Positions 60,816 to 64,000 of a stretch of 64,000 bases of DNA are shown here, piece by piece; the stretch's first letter is position 1, and each line of letters begins with the position of its first letter. The position numbers and the translations under genes are program-made. Origin of the DNA: Albugo candida (lineage: Eukaryota); contig JBDOQK010000027.1 in assembly GCA_040437565.1 (NCBI GenBank), positions 310,001-374,000 on the forward strand, given 5' to 3'. The notes beneath the pieces are model-generated. The model was not told the origin of the DNA and searched no databases. It was given only the letters and a program-made list of their open reading frames with translations.

Positions 60816-63800
60816 TTAAACTGCTTGCAATTGAGCTTCATTCTCCTCACACTCTTCATCATCTCGTTCTTCCGTAGGAGTGTCTTGACCAGAGGACTGA
60901 CTACCAAACTCGAATACAGTCTCATCATTTCCATCGCTACTTCTCTTGACCTCGGTGGGAATCTTCCCCTTTAGATACATGTAATCGTCGTATGTTGCTC
61001 TGTACTTTCGATACGTCATTGTAAGCGTCACGAGCATTACAATCACCACCAATCCAACGAGAATAACTGCAAAGTACACGTTTTTGATGGCCTGGCTATC
61101 CAGAACCATCTCATTACAGGTTCTGATTGGAATTGAGGTCTTTTGATCGCCTCCATAACAAGCCAGATCTTTCGAGAATGTGATGGATTGTTTTCCACCG
61201 GAGCAGGGTGTCTTGTACTCGGAGAAGAAGCTGTGTTGGCATATCGGGCAAGCGTAAACGGTCCGCCACATAAGCTTGATATTGCAGACGTCTGTGTCCA
61301 TGTCGCCGTCGATTTGGTTGATCGATTCGACTTTTGGGTCACAAACAAAATCAATTGTTGTACTGATACGCTTGTCGCCATCTTGTTCATCGTTGCATTT
61401 TGATCCATTTGTATAGCGAAGTGTCAGACCGCTTCCATTTCCCTTCGGTTCAATGCTCATTACACTACCACCGTTCCATGCATTTAGTTGCTAAATACAG
61501 CAAGAGGTCAGATGCATCAGAAGCGAGATACAAGCAAATGATGGCATTTAGCTTACCGGAGGTACTTGACACTCTACCCGCCCAAAACGTCTCGAGTTTA
61601 GCAGGAAAGAACCCCCAAGATCCCTCGCGTTGACAATTTCGAAAAAAATCAGATGCGGACGGGCAAGATCCAGATCCGTGTCGTCTTGTAGAATCTGTCC
61701 AGGTACATTTTTTGCCCAGGAATTCCCAATAAGGCGGAAGAGGCCGGTGACCATCCAGTACATGGGTGATAGCTTATAGACAATCTTTGGATTCACAAAC
61801 CCCAACGTGGTATTCAATGAGTTTGCAGCGTCAAAGACATCTTCCGTCACAGATTGGTCGATATCATCAAAATTGTCTTCGCGCGAGCTCTGATTTCCGG
61901 CGACGAGTGATTGTAAGAGTGAGAGATTGTACATGATTTTAGGCATATCGGGTGCAACAAGAACGCTTGGGGCTGAACAGAATGCCGACCCTGGTTCACT
62001 GTGCGTGTTGCTTCCACATGGAAAACAAGTACCAGAGCCGGGTTTTGAATACGTATTGGCTGGACAAATAGCACAATTGGAACGGCTCAAAGAATCAGAG
62101 TATGTTCCGGCAGGACAAAGACGACACTGAGAAATTGAAGTCGTTTCATCGCGGTACGATTCTGTACCTGTTGGACAAGCAGTGCATGCCATGGCACCAC
62201 CTTCTTGAGTCCCATAAAAGCCGAAATACAAGAATTTAGCTTTGACGCTTTTAACTGCTTCATTAGAAAGACCGTATAGAATGAAACTGATCTCCACTTC
62301 GGTGCTCTCTGACGCATAAATTGGTATGAATTCAGTGAAAACGCCATTTTCATGCCCATGCTCAAATGCAAAGCTCATTGCGGTGAGCGGCTTCGTTCCA
62401 GTTGATTCTATAGCTTTTTTCGAACCATCAGTAAAGTTTGTAGTCGAAATCGTGCTTTTCTCGATCGTCTTCTTATACTTCAGCGTGATTTCCGCTTCCA
62501 GCCAGACCGTTTTCTCCTCTCCTGTCGGTATGTTTTGTAATTCATAAGTGACATTAACCTGACCAGGATACGTGAACTGTGCGCTTGCCCGAAGCTCGAA
62601 TCGAACTCGCGCATCGCTTTTAAATGTCTTGATTTTTTTGGCAGTAGGAACCAACAATAATCCATCTTTGGTCAGTTTCCATCCATTTTGAATAGCAAAA
62701 TTCTGATCGATAATTGTGGGCCACTCGCTCCATGCGCCGAATGTGCCTGACCCAAATTCTTGTTGATGAACCACAACTCGTCCATTGTCACAATTTTGGC
62801 ACGACAAAACTCCTTTTTGATCCATGCTCAGATATTTTCCAGCCTCGCACGTTTCGCAAATATCCTTTTTCGAGTAATAGTATCCTGAATTGCAAGATGT
62901 GCAAGTCAGATCTTTGACTGGCGGTGGTAGGGAAATGGATTCGGTCAACTCCGGTTTGCATGTTGCGGGTTCGCTCCATTTATATGTGATAGTGTGGGTT
63001 CCTTGCGAGCAGTTTGAGAATGACTCCACCAAATCTTCTGTCGTGCAGGCATTCAATCGAATGCAGGAAGTATTCCCAATCGACCCTTTTGGAGCAACTG
63101 TGTTTTCCGGGCACGAATAACACTTGAAGTCTAGCTCACTTTCCGAAATCGGAGCAGCATACTCATTTTCCTTGCAAAATGCACAGATTGTGCCACCACT
63201 CATTGTGACTCCAGAGCTGCATGGGTGACAACTAACGTCAGAGTATGAAGTTCCCACAAGCTCGATCACCTTGATATCAGCTTTATCGGCTCCCACATCA
63301 TTCGCAAAATCTTTGGTGTATTCCCATGTGAACGTATGTGATCCAGCAGCGACATCGTGAGTGACTTCAACCCATCCATTTGTCTCTGAGACAAGCTTGC
63401 CTTGGCTAGTGTCATCAATCACAAATACGAGTCCATCATAAGGCTTCTCTGCATCGACCCGATATTGAAATGTGATGGATCCATTCCGCACGTATGTCGC
63501 TGTAATTCGAAGCGTTGAAAACAATCTCGAAGCTCCATACGTTTCGAGAACTTCACTGTTGTTCCCCGATGATATCATCGTTCCATCTTCGGATGGCTGC
63601 CAAGCTTTACAACTGTGCTCCCAATCACCCGAAAAGAACGAGCGGAACGAGCACTCGGTNNNNNNNNNNNNNNNNNNNNNNNNNNNNNNNNNNNNNNNNN
63701 NNNNNNNNNNNNNNNNNNNNNNNNNNNNNNNNNNNNNNNNNNNNNNNNNNNNNNNNNNNTGTCATCAATCACAAATACGAGTCCATCATAAGGCTTCTCT

Positions 63801-64000
63801 GCATCGACCCGATATTGAAATGTGATGGATCCATTCCGCACGTATGTCGCTGTAATTCGAAGCGTTGAAAACAATCTCGAAGCTCCATACGTTTCGAGAA
63901 CTTCACTGTTGTTCCCCGATGATATCATCGTTCCATCTTCGGATGGCTGCCAAGCTTTACAACTGTGCTCCCAATCACCCGAAAAGAACGAGCGGAACGA
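60816..64000 (-). CDS. ELAPOR/KIAA1324 (UPF0577)-like type I membrane protein with Cys-rich repeats and MRH domain; 3' part, start outside the window
   Basis: 'FQYRVDAEKPYDGLVFVID', CPAGTYS-type repeats, MRH 'LRYTNGSKC..TTIDFVCDP..CNIKLMWRTVYACPIC', TM 'VYFAVILVGLVVIVMLVTL' and acidic tail. Intron at about 61492-61557. Confidence 0.82.
63410..64000. repeat. Gap-flank exact duplication around N 63660-63759, assembly artefact
   Basis: Sequence from 63410 is repeated from 63760 (offset 350) to the window end. Confidence 0.92.

Noticed and set aside
1-64000. CRISPR arrays, tRNA/rRNA genes, intact transposons
   Set aside because: No repeat-spacer arrays, cloverleaf motifs, rRNA sequence or transposase/RT ORFs were seen.

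Overview
This is a gene-dense eukaryotic scaffold with short GT-AG introns (~50-70 nt), very short intergenic spacers and eight 100-N gaps. A Crinkler remnant, a CDPK, a giant ARM protein, oomycete-type CCAAT boxes and the compactness point to an oomycete, probably Albugo-like (inference). About 25 protein-coding genes are supported, including CAX, MORN, KTI12, Frag1/DRAM, DUF179, a CAMK-type kinase, WD40, a CCCH-nucleotidyltransferase, TrpRS, NAA15, REEP/Yop1, a ~3,085-aa acidic protein, a ~3,697-aa ARM protein, CDPK, GDP-L-fucose synthase, a PH-GPx fusion, DNase II, a tandem MAPR-ankyrin protein and an ELAPOR/KIAA1324-like receptor. The most notable observations: (1) an unexplained ~500-nt intergenic element (34641-35153) densely packed with helices, which looks like an unannotated structured ncRNA; (2) the giant acidic protein carries periodic 'SWHM' and AKAP-like amphipathic helices; (3) a decayed CRN effector sits in a gene-poor island; (4) several unusual domain fusions. 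Six gaps have exactly duplicated flanks, which are assembly artefacts and include the apparent second fucose synthase.
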